Source: Bacteroidota bacterium
GTDB taxonomy: Bacteria; Bacteroidota; Bacteroidia; Bacteroidales; UBA12077
NCBI GenBank assembly: GCA_034189025.1
Contig: JAXHVS010000085.1
Coordinates: forward strand, 893 to 64,892
DNA: 64,000 bases
Direction: 5' to 3'
Part shown: positions 18,925 to 29,300 of the stretch, in pieces
How positions within the stretch are numbered: position 1 is the first letter of the stretch
Layout of the letters: each line of letters opens with the position of its first letter
Translations under genes and position numbers: made by a program
Notes under the pieces: generated by a model
The model's database searches: none
Told to the model about the DNA's origin: nothing
What the model saw: only the letters and a program-made list of their open reading frames with translations

Positions 18925-19614
18925 ATGAGTGATAAAATTAAAGAATATACGCGTAGGCATTTTTTGCAGGATATTGCTTTAGGGGGTGGTGGACTGATAG
19001 TTTTAGGTACGCTGGGTTTTAGAATAATAAAAGATAAAGAGCATAAATTAATTAAAGCTATTTCTGTAGATTTTGATAAATGTACCGGTTGCCGGACTTG
19101 CGAGACTGCCTGTTCAGCTTATAACCACAAAACGATAATTGATGGTGAGGAAGTGTTAGGATTAGGCAATCCACACTATTCTAACATCAAGGTATATCAT
19201 TACAATCCTGATGTTGATATTCCGAGTACATGTGCTATCTGCCCTGATGCCCCATGTATTGATGCCTGCCCGGTAGCGCCTGATTTAACTACCGGACGTA
19301 AAGCATTGTACCGCGATCAGGAAAATATGACCATAAAAAACGATACAGAACGTTGCGTGGGTTGTGGCCAATGTGCTAAAGCTTGCGAAAACTTGAGGGG
19401 CGGAATAATCCACCCAAATCCCGAAACCAATAAACCCGAACGTATGTGTACCCTTTGTGATGGAGACCCACAATGTGTAAAACATTGCCCTTTCGATGCG
19501 CTGACTTATATAGAAATGCCCGAAGATAGAGACCTGGATAATTTGTCTCCTGAAGCGATTGCTGAAAAGCTTATCAAAAAATATTATGAAATAAACGTAG
19601 ATTATGTCAATTAA
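18925..19614 (+). CDS. Tat-signal 4Fe-4S ferredoxin-type subunit, electron-transfer partner of AOR
   Basis: 229 aa. Twin-arginine motif YTRRHFLQDIALGGGGLIVLG. Cys clusters CTGCRTCETAC, CAICPDAPCIDAC, CVGCGQCAKAC and CTLCDGDPQCVKHC. Confidence 0.8.
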   Translation: MSDKIKEYTRRHFLQDIALGGGGLIVLGTLGFRIIKDKEHKLIKAISVDFDKCTGCRTCETACSAYNHKTIIDGEEVLGLGNPHYSNIKVYHYNPDVDIPSTCAICPDAPCIDACPVAPDLTTGRKALYRDQENMTIKNDTERCVGCGQCAKACENLRGGIIHPNPETNKPERMCTLCDGDPQCVKHCPFDALTYIEMPEDRDLDNLSPEAIAEKLIKKYYEINVDYVN

Positions 19615-21412
19615 AGGATATTACGGAAAGTTACTCGATATAAATCTTACTACAGGAGAAATAAAAAACACACAAATTCCTGAAAAAGATATTAAGCAAT
19701 TTATTGGCGGACGAGGATTGGGAACAAAAATTTTATGGGACAAACTTCCACAAGCAGGCACTGATGCTCTTTCTCCAGATAATGCACTTTTGTTTATGCC
19801 CGGCCCATTTTCCGGGCTGCCTATTCCTTCCTCATCGCGAACCTGTGTGGTAACCAAATCGCCTCGTACATCTGCAGTAAATCCAAAATACGAAAATGGC
19901 TCAACAGTTAGTTATTCCAATATGGGTGGTTTTTTTGGGCCGGAAATTAAATATGCCGGTTACGATGGTATTTGTATTACCGGAAAAGCTGAAAAGCCTG
20001 TATATTTAAAAATTACAGATGATAATGTAGAAATTTGTGATGCGGCCAAATTTTGGGGAATGGGTACCGATGAATTCGATAAAGTTTTTGTAGATGAAAT
20101 TGGAGACAGAAAATACGAAAGCTGTTATATAGGCCCTGCTGGTGAAAACCTGGTTCCGATGGCCTCTATTATAAATACAGCTGCCAGAGCAGCCGGAAGA
20201 GGAGGCGTTGGATGTGTTATGGGATCTAAAAACCTTAAAGCTGTTGCTGTTAAAGGAACACAAATGCCTAACCTAGGCGATCATAAAGGTTATCTCGATT
20301 TATTGAAAAAAATACGTACATCGTTTAAAGTTAACCATGAGGGTGTTGAAAGATGGCGTTATGGAGGTACTGCAGATGCACTTGAGAGTTCCAGTAAAAA
20401 TGGTACTCAGGCAGTAAAAAATTACAGTGAAGGAACATTTGCAGAAATTGAGAAGATTGGAACCGAAGCCAACCGTAAAGAGGTGTGGAAACGTGACTTC
20501 GCATGTTTTTCGTGCCACCTGGCGTGTAAAAAAAGTGGTTTAGCCAAAGGAGCTTACGGTGTGATGGTACACGATGGCCCTGAGTATGAAACAGGAACCA
20601 TGTTAGGCGCAAACCTTTTGATTTCTGATTTATCCGGATTGCATAAGCTCATTGTTGTGGGCGACGATTATGGTATCGATATTATTTCTGCTGGAAATAC
20701 TATAGGTTTTTTGATGGAGGCTTATGAGAAAAAAATAATTGATATTGATTTCCTCGATGGTATTGATTTAACCTGGGGAAATGTGGATGCTGCACTTCAA
20801 ATGTTACATAAAATGGGTAAACGTGAAGGAGTAGGAGAGATGGCTTGTCATGGTGTAAAATATCTTGCCCAAAAAATTGGCGGCGATGCACATAAATTTG
20901 CTATACATGTTAAAGGCCATGAACTTGCTGCATGGAATGTGCCTGTTCATTCCAACAGGTGGTCAATAATTTATGCTACGAGCAACCGTGGTGCTTGCCA
21001 CATGAATGGTGGTTCGCCTGAACGACAGGATCAGACAGCGCTTCGCGATTCTATTGCTGCATGCAGCTTTGCCAGTAGTTGGTATCGCGACGAGGTTAGT
21101 TATGCTAAATTTATGAGTGCCATTACAGGGCTTAAATGGACCGAAGATGAATTTGCAAAAGCAGGGACCCGTATCTTTACCCTGGAGAAAATGTTTAATT
21201 ACCGGGAAGGATTCAGGCGTGAAGATGATAGATTACCTGATAAATTTTTCGAAAATAAATTTACGTATGGCCAACATAAAGGCGCTATTGTTGATAAAAA
21301 TGATTTTGAAAAGAATTTAACAAATTATTATAAGAAAAGGGGTTGGGATGTGAAAACCTCAAAACCTAAAAAAGAAATCTTAAATGAACTGAGCCTGGAT
21401 TTTACCATATAA
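19604..21412 (+). CDS. aldehyde:ferredoxin oxidoreductase (AOR) family pterin enzyme (W or Mo)
   Basis: 602 aa. N-terminal YYGKLLDINLTTGE. [4Fe-4S] ligands in CFSCHLAC plus a later AACSF. GPEYETG pterin-binding block. Its start overlaps the upstream gene by 11 nt. Confidence 0.9.
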   Translation: MSIKGYYGKLLDINLTTGEIKNTQIPEKDIKQFIGGRGLGTKILWDKLPQAGTDALSPDNALLFMPGPFSGLPIPSSSRTCVVTKSPRTSAVNPKYENGSTVSYSNMGGFFGPEIKYAGYDGICITGKAEKPVYLKITDDNVEICDAAKFWGMGTDEFDKVFVDEIGDRKYESCYIGPAGENLVPMASIINTAARAAGRGGVGCVMGSKNLKAVAVKGTQMPNLGDHKGYLDLLKKIRTSFKVNHEGVERWRYGGTADALESSSKNGTQAVKNYSEGTFAEIEKIGTEANRKEVWKRDFACFSCHLACKKSGLAKGAYGVMVHDGPEYETGTMLGANLLISDLSGLHKLIVVGDDYGIDIISAGNTIGFLMEAYEKKIIDIDFLDGIDLTWGNVDAALQMLHKMGKREGVGEMACHGVKYLAQKIGGDAHKFAIHVKGHELAAWNVPVHSNRWSIIYATSNRGACHMNGGSPERQDQTALRDSIAACSFASSWYRDEVSYAKFMSAITGLKWTEDEFAKAGTRIFTLEKMFNYREGFRREDDRLPDKFFENKFTYGQHKGAIVDKNDFEKNLTNYYKKRGWDVKTSKPKKEILNELSLDFTI

Positions 21413-21430
21413 TTCAGATCTTATAGATAA

Positions 21431-21470
21431 AAACGCTACGAGATTTTTTTACCTCGTAGCGTTTTGTTTT
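21431..21470. terminator. bidirectional hairpin terminator between the AOR and M1-peptidase genes
   Basis: 12-bp stem aaacgctacgag (21431-21442) pairs with ctcgtagcgttt (21453-21464). It is followed by ttttgtttttt on the plus strand. Confidence 0.7.
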
Positions 21471-24467
21471 TTATAAAAGCACATTTTCTGCAATATCAAA
21501 CACATTAAATATACTAAGATCTATAGAGAAACGAATTCGTTCGTAAAAACTACCATAAATATCATTGCTATAATCTTTTAGCTGGTTTGACAATAACAGT
21601 GGGCATGAAATTGTAGCTATTTTTCCGGGAAGCCTGTATTCAATGCCACATTCCCAGGCTATAGAAGAAGAATTATCATACCCTTGAAAATTATCGGGAG
21701 TTCCATAGGTAGCAATGTTTCCATAAAGATGGAAATCTAAAATGGAGGGCAAGAAAGGGATTGCCAATGAAGTATTGAGTGAAAGTATCCAGTCGGATGT
21801 AGTAAAATGTGGAGCATGGGTAATAAACCCACCATCACCGGTTACATATTGTTTGCCCAGAAAATTTGAGCCTGCCGGGTTTTCAAAACGCCCTAAAAAT
21901 ATATGGCTATAGGTATAATCAGCTGTACCCGAAAGGCTGCTTAGTCCATAATTGTAAATTGGCAAGTAGTTTTTGCTGGTATAAAGATATGCTCCTCCAA
22001 ATAATCTAATATTTACCTTGCTTCCTCTCATGTAATTAAATTGATAATTAAACTCAGTATTTGCTTTTAAAAAATCTTGATGATATTGTCCGGCTACCTG
22101 CAAGTTATAAGGGGTAAAAGAACTGTTCTGATGATTATAGCTTAATTGGATAAATGTTTCCAAATCCGGATTGTTATTCATCATAATATCATTTACATTA
22201 TCAGCAATAATAGTGCTTAGGCTGATATTATTTTTAATTTTACTTTTAACATTACTTTTACGCAGGTGAAAATTTATTTCAGCTTTTAGCTGATGAAAAT
22301 TATCGTCTGAGGCACTACTGAATGCATATCGTTTTCCCGAAAGGCCTAAGGTTATTTCCCTAAAAATTGATTCATACGGTAAGATATGATACTCAAAGTT
22401 TCCATATCCTGCCAGGTTATTGTTTCCAAAGCTATACATGGGTACCAACTGATATTCAAATTTATTTCGGGGCACAAATGAATTGTAGAAAAGCATACCC
22501 AACATATATTTATTGTATTGATTTATACCCATAGCCGGAAAAATGTTGATATTGGTATATTTCGAATTTTCAACTACACCTATTAAGTTTATATTCAGTG
22601 GCTCCGTTTTTCGAAATAGTCCTTTTTTTCTGATATAATTATTATGGGTATACATTTCTGGCATTCGGTAATCTGGGTCAATTATCAGGTAATCAAAATC
22701 TGTGTTTTGAGGAAGTGTTAATGTTTTTTTATCGTCAAACCCTTCATACCATTGCGTAAATAATTTATCTCCGTTTTTAAAAGCAGTAACCGGGAATGGA
22801 GCATTTATCCATCCGGTATTTTTTACTTTGAGTTGATTGTCCTTTAATCCGCTAATTTTATAATCAAGTTTCTTGGTTGTTTCCAGGAGGTCATCAAAAA
22901 ACCAGCTTAAATCTTTTTCGCTTTCTTGTTCAAAAGCACTTCTGATATCTTCTGGATAAGGATGTTTGTATTTCCATTGCTCAAAAAAGTCTTGCATAAT
23001 GGCATTAAACTCTTCTTCGCCCAGGTATGCAAGCAAATGGTTAAACATTAATGAAACTTTATGGTAGGTTATTTGCCCATAGTTACTAAAAGTATACTCA
23101 GTAGAATGCAGATTGGCTGGTTGGTCGATATTATATCTGGCTGACAATAAGTATGATAAGCGATGCATTGCCTGATAGGACAGATGATTAATGTTTAAAA
23201 ATTTAGCCTGTTTTTCGTTCATGGCCATTTTATATAGTTTAGCATTGCCTTTATATTTCTTTTTCATATAGCGGGCTTCGCTAAAACTGTTTATTCCTTC
23301 ATCCATCCAGGGGAAGTCGCGCTCGTTAAATCCTAACATCCCATAAAACCAGTTATGCCCTACTTCGTGCATTATAACCATTTCTAAGGATAGATCTTTT
23401 CCGGAATTGCCAATAACGGTAATATTAGGGTACTCCATTCCGCCTCCGGCACTAATTGTTGAGTGTACTGCAGTACAATTATTGTAGGGATAGTCGCCAT
23501 ACCACAACGAATAGTAATATAATGCATCACCAATATACTCAATAGATTTTTGCCATGAATTTGCATCTCTATTTAAAAACATCGCCCACAGGGTTACTTT
23601 TTTTCCTGTATTGGGCATTTCCCGCTCTCCTTTTAGTACGTGAAACCGTTTATCGGCAAACCAGGCAAAATCATGAACGTTTTCCTGTGTATATCGGATC
23701 GTTTTTAAGGTAGAATCTGATGCTGGAATTGGATAGTCTGATTTTTCATATTTTTTAATTTGAGCGGTTTCCTCCGCCTTTTTATTCAGCCATTCAATTT
23801 CCTCAGGTGTTTGCAAATCTCCTGTAGCTCCTACAACATAATTTTTGGGAAGGGTGATGGATACATCAAATGAACCAAATTCTGAATAAAATTCACCTTG
23901 GTTGAGATAAGGCATGGGATGCCATCCATAATGATCATATACAGCAGGTTTGGGATACCATTGTGTTATTTGGTAGGACTGGTTCCCGTGTCCCAGCCTG
24001 GATATAAAACAACTGGGTAATTTTACATAAAAGGGTGTAGTTATGGTTATCTTTTCTCCAGGAAGTAACGGGTGATTTAGGTATAACTTACAAATATCAA
24101 TATGGTCTTTATCAGATTCCCATTTTGCAGGTTCTCCATTAATCATAAATTTTAGTGAATCGATATAACCCGTTAGGTTTTTATTTTCAAACCACCGATA
24201 TGAACTGGTTTCTAACTTTTGTTTTGCCAGGGCGGTATGGCCATTTTTATATGCATTGGGCCATAAATGAAAATAGATAAATTCCAATTGATGGGGCGAA
24301 TTGTTTATATACTCAATTTTTTCATGAGCTGATAAACTATTCGTTGTGTCATTAAGTTGAACCTTTATTTTATAATTTACTTCTTGCTGGAAATATTCTT
24401 GTCCGTTTACAAGCATAAAAGAAAATAGTAAGGATAATAACAGCATGTTTGTTTTGAGTGTTTTCAT
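21471..24467 (-). CDS. M1-family zinc metallopeptidase with a long C-terminal extension
   Basis: 998 aa with signal peptide MKTLKTNMLLLSLLFSFMLVNGQ. GGMEYP exopeptidase-like motif. Gluzincin HEVGH-x18-E site (VIMHEVGHNWFYGMLGFNERDFPWMDEG). Confidence 0.85.
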   Translation of the reverse strand: MKTLKTNMLLLSLLFSFMLVNGQEYFQQEVNYKIKVQLNDTTNSLSAHEKIEYINNSPHQLEFIYFHLWPNAYKNGHTALAKQKLETSSYRWFENKNLTGYIDSLKFMINGEPAKWESDKDHIDICKLYLNHPLLPGEKITITTPFYVKLPSCFISRLGHGNQSYQITQWYPKPAVYDHYGWHPMPYLNQGEFYSEFGSFDVSITLPKNYVVGATGDLQTPEEIEWLNKKAEETAQIKKYEKSDYPIPASDSTLKTIRYTQENVHDFAWFADKRFHVLKGEREMPNTGKKVTLWAMFLNRDANSWQKSIEYIGDALYYYSLWYGDYPYNNCTAVHSTISAGGGMEYPNITVIGNSGKDLSLEMVIMHEVGHNWFYGMLGFNERDFPWMDEGINSFSEARYMKKKYKGNAKLYKMAMNEKQAKFLNINHLSYQAMHRLSYLLSARYNIDQPANLHSTEYTFSNYGQITYHKVSLMFNHLLAYLGEEEFNAIMQDFFEQWKYKHPYPEDIRSAFEQESEKDLSWFFDDLLETTKKLDYKISGLKDNQLKVKNTGWINAPFPVTAFKNGDKLFTQWYEGFDDKKTLTLPQNTDFDYLIIDPDYRMPEMYTHNNYIRKKGLFRKTEPLNINLIGVVENSKYTNINIFPAMGINQYNKYMLGMLFYNSFVPRNKFEYQLVPMYSFGNNNLAGYGNFEYHILPYESIFREITLGLSGKRYAFSSASDDNFHQLKAEINFHLRKSNVKSKIKNNISLSTIIADNVNDIMMNNNPDLETFIQLSYNHQNSSFTPYNLQVAGQYHQDFLKANTEFNYQFNYMRGSKVNIRLFGGAYLYTSKNYLPIYNYGLSSLSGTADYTYSHIFLGRFENPAGSNFLGKQYVTGDGGFITHAPHFTTSDWILSLNTSLAIPFLPSILDFHLYGNIATYGTPDNFQGYDNSSSIAWECGIEYRLPGKIATISCPLLLSNQLKDYSNDIYGSFYERIRFSIDLSIFNVFDIAENVLL

Positions 24468-24613
24468 TATTTTAATTGATTTTTTATAAAATTTATATGT
24501 TTTAACTATATGTCTTTAAGCTCACAAAAAAGTTACAATTTATAAATAAAATTTTAAAACTAATTCGAACTTGTTATTTTGATTAAATAGTATTGATGAT
24601 GGTTGCTTTTTAC

Positions 24614-24621
24614 TAATTTTG
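24614..24621 (+). promoter_or_regulatory. Bacteroidota-type -7 promoter element for ettA
   Basis: TAATTTTG lies 29 nt upstream of ATG 24651. Confidence 0.4.
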
Positions 24622-24650
24622 TTTTTTTTAAGTAAATAAATGTTGACGCT

Positions 24651-26336
24651 ATGACTGACGATAAGAAGATTATTTTCTCAATGTATAAGGTAAGTAAGAC
24701 TTACCCACCCAATAAAACGGTTATTAAAGATATTAGTTTGTCTTTTTATTTAGGAGCTAAAATTGGAATTATTGGATTAAATGGTAGCGGTAAATCTACT
24801 TTGCTTCGTATTATTGCAGGTATTGATAAGTCGTTTAATGGAGAGTTGGTTTTTTCACCGGGGTATTCCATCGGGCTTTTAGGCCAGGAACCTCAGTTAG
24901 ATGAAAGCAAAACAGTTAGAGAAGTTGTAATGGAAGGAGTACAGGAAGTTGCCGATGTATTAAGTAAATATGAGGAGGTAAACAAGAAATTTGAATTGCC
25001 GGAGGTGTATGAGAATCCAGATGCAATGGATAAATTAATGGCAGAGCAGGCTGCTTTACAGGAGATGATTGATCATCTGGATGCCTGGAATATTGATACG
25101 AAGCTGAATCGCGCGATGGACGCACTGCAATGCCCTCCGGATGAACAACCGGTAAGTAAACTTTCAGGAGGAGAACGTCGTCGTGTTGCCTTATGTCGTC
25201 TACTTCTTCAGGAACCGGATGTTTTATTGCTCGATGAGCCTACAAACCATCTTGATGCAGAAAGTATGCTCTGGCTCGAACAACATCTGCAACAATACAA
25301 GGGAACCGTTATTTGTATCACTCACGACCGGTATTTTTTGGATAATGTTGCTGGATGGATTTTGGAATTAGACCGTGGCGAAGGTATCCCATGGAAAGGA
25401 AATTATACTTCCTGGTTAGAGCAAAAATCAAAACGGCTCGAAATGGAAGAAAAAACTGTTTCCAAACGGAGAAAAACACTTGAGCGTGAATTAGAATGGG
25501 TACGTATGGCTCCTAAAGCCCGTCATGCCAAATCGAAAGCCCGCTTGTCGGCTTATGATAAAATGCTTAATGAAGATGTAAAACAAAAAGAAGAACAGTT
25601 AGAAATTTATATTCCCAACGGGCCTCGTCTAGGAGATAAAGTAATTGAGATGGATGCCGTTACGAAAGGATATGACGATCGCTTATTAATCAACGACTTG
25701 AGTTTTAGCCTTCCACCAGCCGGTATTATTGGTGTAATTGGTCCAAATGGTGCTGGTAAAACTACACTATTCCGAATGATTATGGGAGAGGAAAAACCTG
25801 ATGAAGGAAATATTGAAATTGGCGAATCTGTAAAAATTAGCTATGTAGATCAAACTCACAAAACAATTGATCCTGAAAAATCAGTTTATGAAGTAATATC
25901 TGATGGACTTGAAAATATGAAGTTAGGAAATCGCACAGTAAATTCTCGCGCTTATGTTGCCCGCTTTAATTTTACTGGTGCCGATCAGGAGAAAAGGTGT
26001 GGTGTTTTATCCGGTGGTGAGCGTAACAGGCTACATCTTGCATTAGCCTTAAAAGCCGAAGGAAATGTATTGCTGCTTGATGAGCCTACTAATGATATTG
26101 ATGTTAATACCTTACGTGCATTAGAAGAAGGGCTGGAAAATTTTGCCGGATGTGCTGTAGTGATTAGTCACGACCGTTGGTTTTTAGACCGTATTGCAAC
26201 ACATATATTGGCTTATGAGGGAGAAGGGCATGTTCATTTCTTCGAAGGATCATTTTCAGAATATGAAGAAAACAGAAGAAAACGTTTGGGAACTGATGCT
26301 CCCAAACGTTTTAAGTATAAAAAATTAACGAAATAG
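24651..26336 (+). CDS. ettA: ABC-F translation factor EttA
   Basis: 561 aa. Two ABC cassettes: GLNGSGKST with LSGGERRRVAL, and GPNGAGKTT with LSGGERNRLHL. No TM domain. The N-terminus IFSMYKVSKTYPPNK is typical of EttA. Confidence 0.9.
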   Translation: MTDDKKIIFSMYKVSKTYPPNKTVIKDISLSFYLGAKIGIIGLNGSGKSTLLRIIAGIDKSFNGELVFSPGYSIGLLGQEPQLDESKTVREVVMEGVQEVADVLSKYEEVNKKFELPEVYENPDAMDKLMAEQAALQEMIDHLDAWNIDTKLNRAMDALQCPPDEQPVSKLSGGERRRVALCRLLLQEPDVLLLDEPTNHLDAESMLWLEQHLQQYKGTVICITHDRYFLDNVAGWILELDRGEGIPWKGNYTSWLEQKSKRLEMEEKTVSKRRKTLERELEWVRMAPKARHAKSKARLSAYDKMLNEDVKQKEEQLEIYIPNGPRLGDKVIEMDAVTKGYDDRLLINDLSFSLPPAGIIGVIGPNGAGKTTLFRMIMGEEKPDEGNIEIGESVKISYVDQTHKTIDPEKSVYEVISDGLENMKLGNRTVNSRAYVARFNFTGADQEKRCGVLSGGERNRLHLALALKAEGNVLLLDEPTNDIDVNTLRALEEGLENFAGCAVVISHDRWFLDRIATHILAYEGEGHVHFFEGSFSEYEENRRKRLGTDAPKRFKYKKLTK

Positions 26337-26384
26337 TTTTTGTCTTAATTTTATTATTATAGTGTGAATACTGAATATTCCTTA

Positions 26385-29300
26385 TTATGTATTTATATAT
26401 AATTTTTTAGCGGGTTTAATTAAAATACTCATTATAGCTGCTTGTTCAAATTCAACTTTTTTAGCTGATTTTACTTTAAAACGTATATCTTTCAAAATAA
26501 AATCATTTTTATTAAAATGAGCTTCAATTTCGTGGGTGTTGTATATATACTCATCTTGGGTTTCCATTAAAGACATTTGGAGGTTATTTTGTTTATAAAG
26601 TAAAGTCCCATCTTTTTCCAGATAAAAGCCTTCCTCGGCTTCATCAAACGATGATTTGGTTAACCAGAATTTTGGTTTTTCTTTATACGGAGCACTATTG
26701 GTTGGACAGAAGGTTTCGCAGTTTCCACATTCGTTACAGAAATTAGTAATATTTAAAATTTGATATTTCTGATTGATTTCGAATAAACCTTGGTTTTCAA
26801 TTTCTATTTCTCCATTTTCCTGTTGAATTACTTTTTGAAGATAATACGAAACAGGCTCTATTTCATAGGAATAATTAGCAAAATTAGGACAAACAGTTGT
26901 GCAAATATTGCAAATTTCATCGCAGTATAAACAACGGTTGGCTTCGTTAACAATGGTTTCTTTATTTAATGTTTCACTTACCAGTTTAAAATTTTTGCGA
27001 TCGTTAATATCTAATTCTATAATTTCAGGCGCAAATTGTCTTTTTGCTCTTTTAAGCATCAGTTCTTTTTTACTGTGAGGTTTTCTGTTACCAGGTATTG
27101 GAATCGAAAAATCGACTGATGCCTTTTGCATTATTTTTTCTGCTATTTTTCTTCCATCGCCAATAGCTTTAATGGCTGTTGCTCCTCCGCGCAAAGCATC
27201 TCCACCTATAAAAACATTTTCTATTTGTGTTTGGTAATTACCGGGTTGAGATTTTATTAATTCTTCGGTTATAAAATCAATATCCAGGCTTTGTCCAATA
27301 GCAGGAATAATAGTGTCGCACAATATTTTAAATTCAGACCCATTAACTTTAACCGGTTTGGGCCTTCTGGAATTATCAGTTCCTTTTAACTCCATTTTAC
27401 TGCAAAGCAGTGCAGTAACCCTGCCATTTTCGTTAATGATTTTTTCGGGCCCTGCCAGTTCAATAATTTCCATCCCTTCTTCCATAACAGCTTTTATTTC
27501 ACCCTGGTCGGCAGGCATTTCATTAATTGTTCGTCGGTAAACAATAGTTACTTTTCCGTCTTTTCCAACCAGGCGGTAGGCTGTTCGGGCGGCATCCATT
27601 GCTGTATTTCCTCCGCCAATAATCACTACATTTTTGCCAATGCCTGTTTCATTGCCTTTTTTTGCTTGTAGCAAAAAGTCTAATGAATCTAATACTCCTT
27701 CTGTCTCAATACCTTCCAGTTGAAAAGGAGTTGAACGTTGCGCTCCCACACCAATAAAAATATAATGATTCTGTTTTTTTAACTGATTAAATTTTGCAGC
27801 ATCAATTTTGGTGTTATAATGGATTTTCACTCCTAAATCGGTTACCCGATTAAAATCTTTTTTAATGGCTTTGTCGGTTAACCTGAATCCAGGAATCGCA
27901 TATTGTACCATTCCTCCAGCCCTGAAATGTTTATCGAAAACTTCAACCGAAAAACCAGCCAAAGCCAGGTAATATGCGCAGGATAATCCCGAAGGGCCAG
28001 CTCCAACAATAGCCACTTTAATATTATTTTTTTTAATTGGATTCAACTTTACTTCATCCTGTTCGGAGATGAATCGTTTTACTTCGCGAATTAAGAGCGC
28101 ATTATCATAATTTATGCGTGTACATTTGTTCTGGCATAAATGGTCGCAAACCATACCGGTAATAGCCGGAAAGGGATTGGTTTTTAGAATTACCTCATAG
28201 GCTTTGTCAAACTGTTCACTGGCAGTATAATACATATAATCAGGAATATCCTGATGGGTAGCACAGGTATCTTTGCAAGGAGCTGAAATACAATCAAAAT
28301 AATTGAGTGGCAGTTCTGTTTTAATGGATGGTTCGTGAATTGTATTTCGCTGATAAAAATCTGATTCTAATACTTTATCAGCGTAATGGTTCAAATTTTT
28401 TAATGCAATTTCTTGGGTAACCGAATGGAGATTGATAGATCCCAATTCATCGAAATATTGTTTTAAACGCATATAGCCACCTGGTTTTAATAAATCAGTA
28501 GATACAGTTACCGTTTTAAAACCGCAGGATAAAACCTCAGAAACATTAAAAGCATTAGCCCCTCCGGAAAAAGAGAGTTGTAGTGATCCGTTAAAATGAG
28601 TTTGAAGTTTTTGAGCTACATGAATTGAAACAGGATGTAACGCACGTCCACTCATATACATCATCTCCACATTATCATTAAAAACCGATTTAAAGTTTTC
28701 TGATTCTAATGTATTGGTAAGTTTTAACCCAAAATCCAATTCTTCTCGTTTAGCAGTATTGGTTAATGACTCAATGATGTTTATGGCATCATCATATTTC
28801 AGGTCGTGTACGAAAGCAATATCCGGAACAACAGTTTTAAACCTAAGTTTTTCGTTCAGAATTGTCCTTAAATCATTAGCGCCTAATAAGGTAGGATTTA
28901 ACTTAACAAAGGTATGTAGTTTTTTTTCGGTTAATAAATAGGAAGCAATGTCTTCAATTTCGTTAGCCGGACAGCCATGCATGGTTGATAAAGTAATATT
29001 ATTTGATATTTGTGATGGTATTTTTATAGAATCAATTTCTGGATAGATGCTTTTTAGTTGCTCTTTTTTCTCTTTTAATTCATAGGAGCAATTGTTCATT
29101 TTATTGAAAAACCACTGAACATTATCTTTTAATATTCCTTCCAGGTTGTACCCAACACTCATATTAAATATGGTGGCTATATGGGGTTTCCATCCAAATT
29201 TATGATTTAAAATATGAATGATTATCCATGCATTTAGATATTCATGAAAACTCTCTTCAATTTTAAGTTCCTGCGACCATTCGCAATTATAACCTTCATC

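Noticed and set aside
19285-21320. Cluster of short alternative-frame and antisense ORFs inside the AOR and ferredoxin genes
   Set aside because: All of them are embedded in two genes with strong motif support. None has a motif or a plausible start context.
18925-21412. Horizontal transfer of the AOR module suggested by locally higher GC
   Set aside because: In spot counts of single 60-nt lines, AOR lines (38-50% GC) were no higher than lines from the conserved core genes ettA (about 47%) and secA (about 37%). The elevation tracks conservation, not foreignness. No flanking repeats or mobility genes are present.
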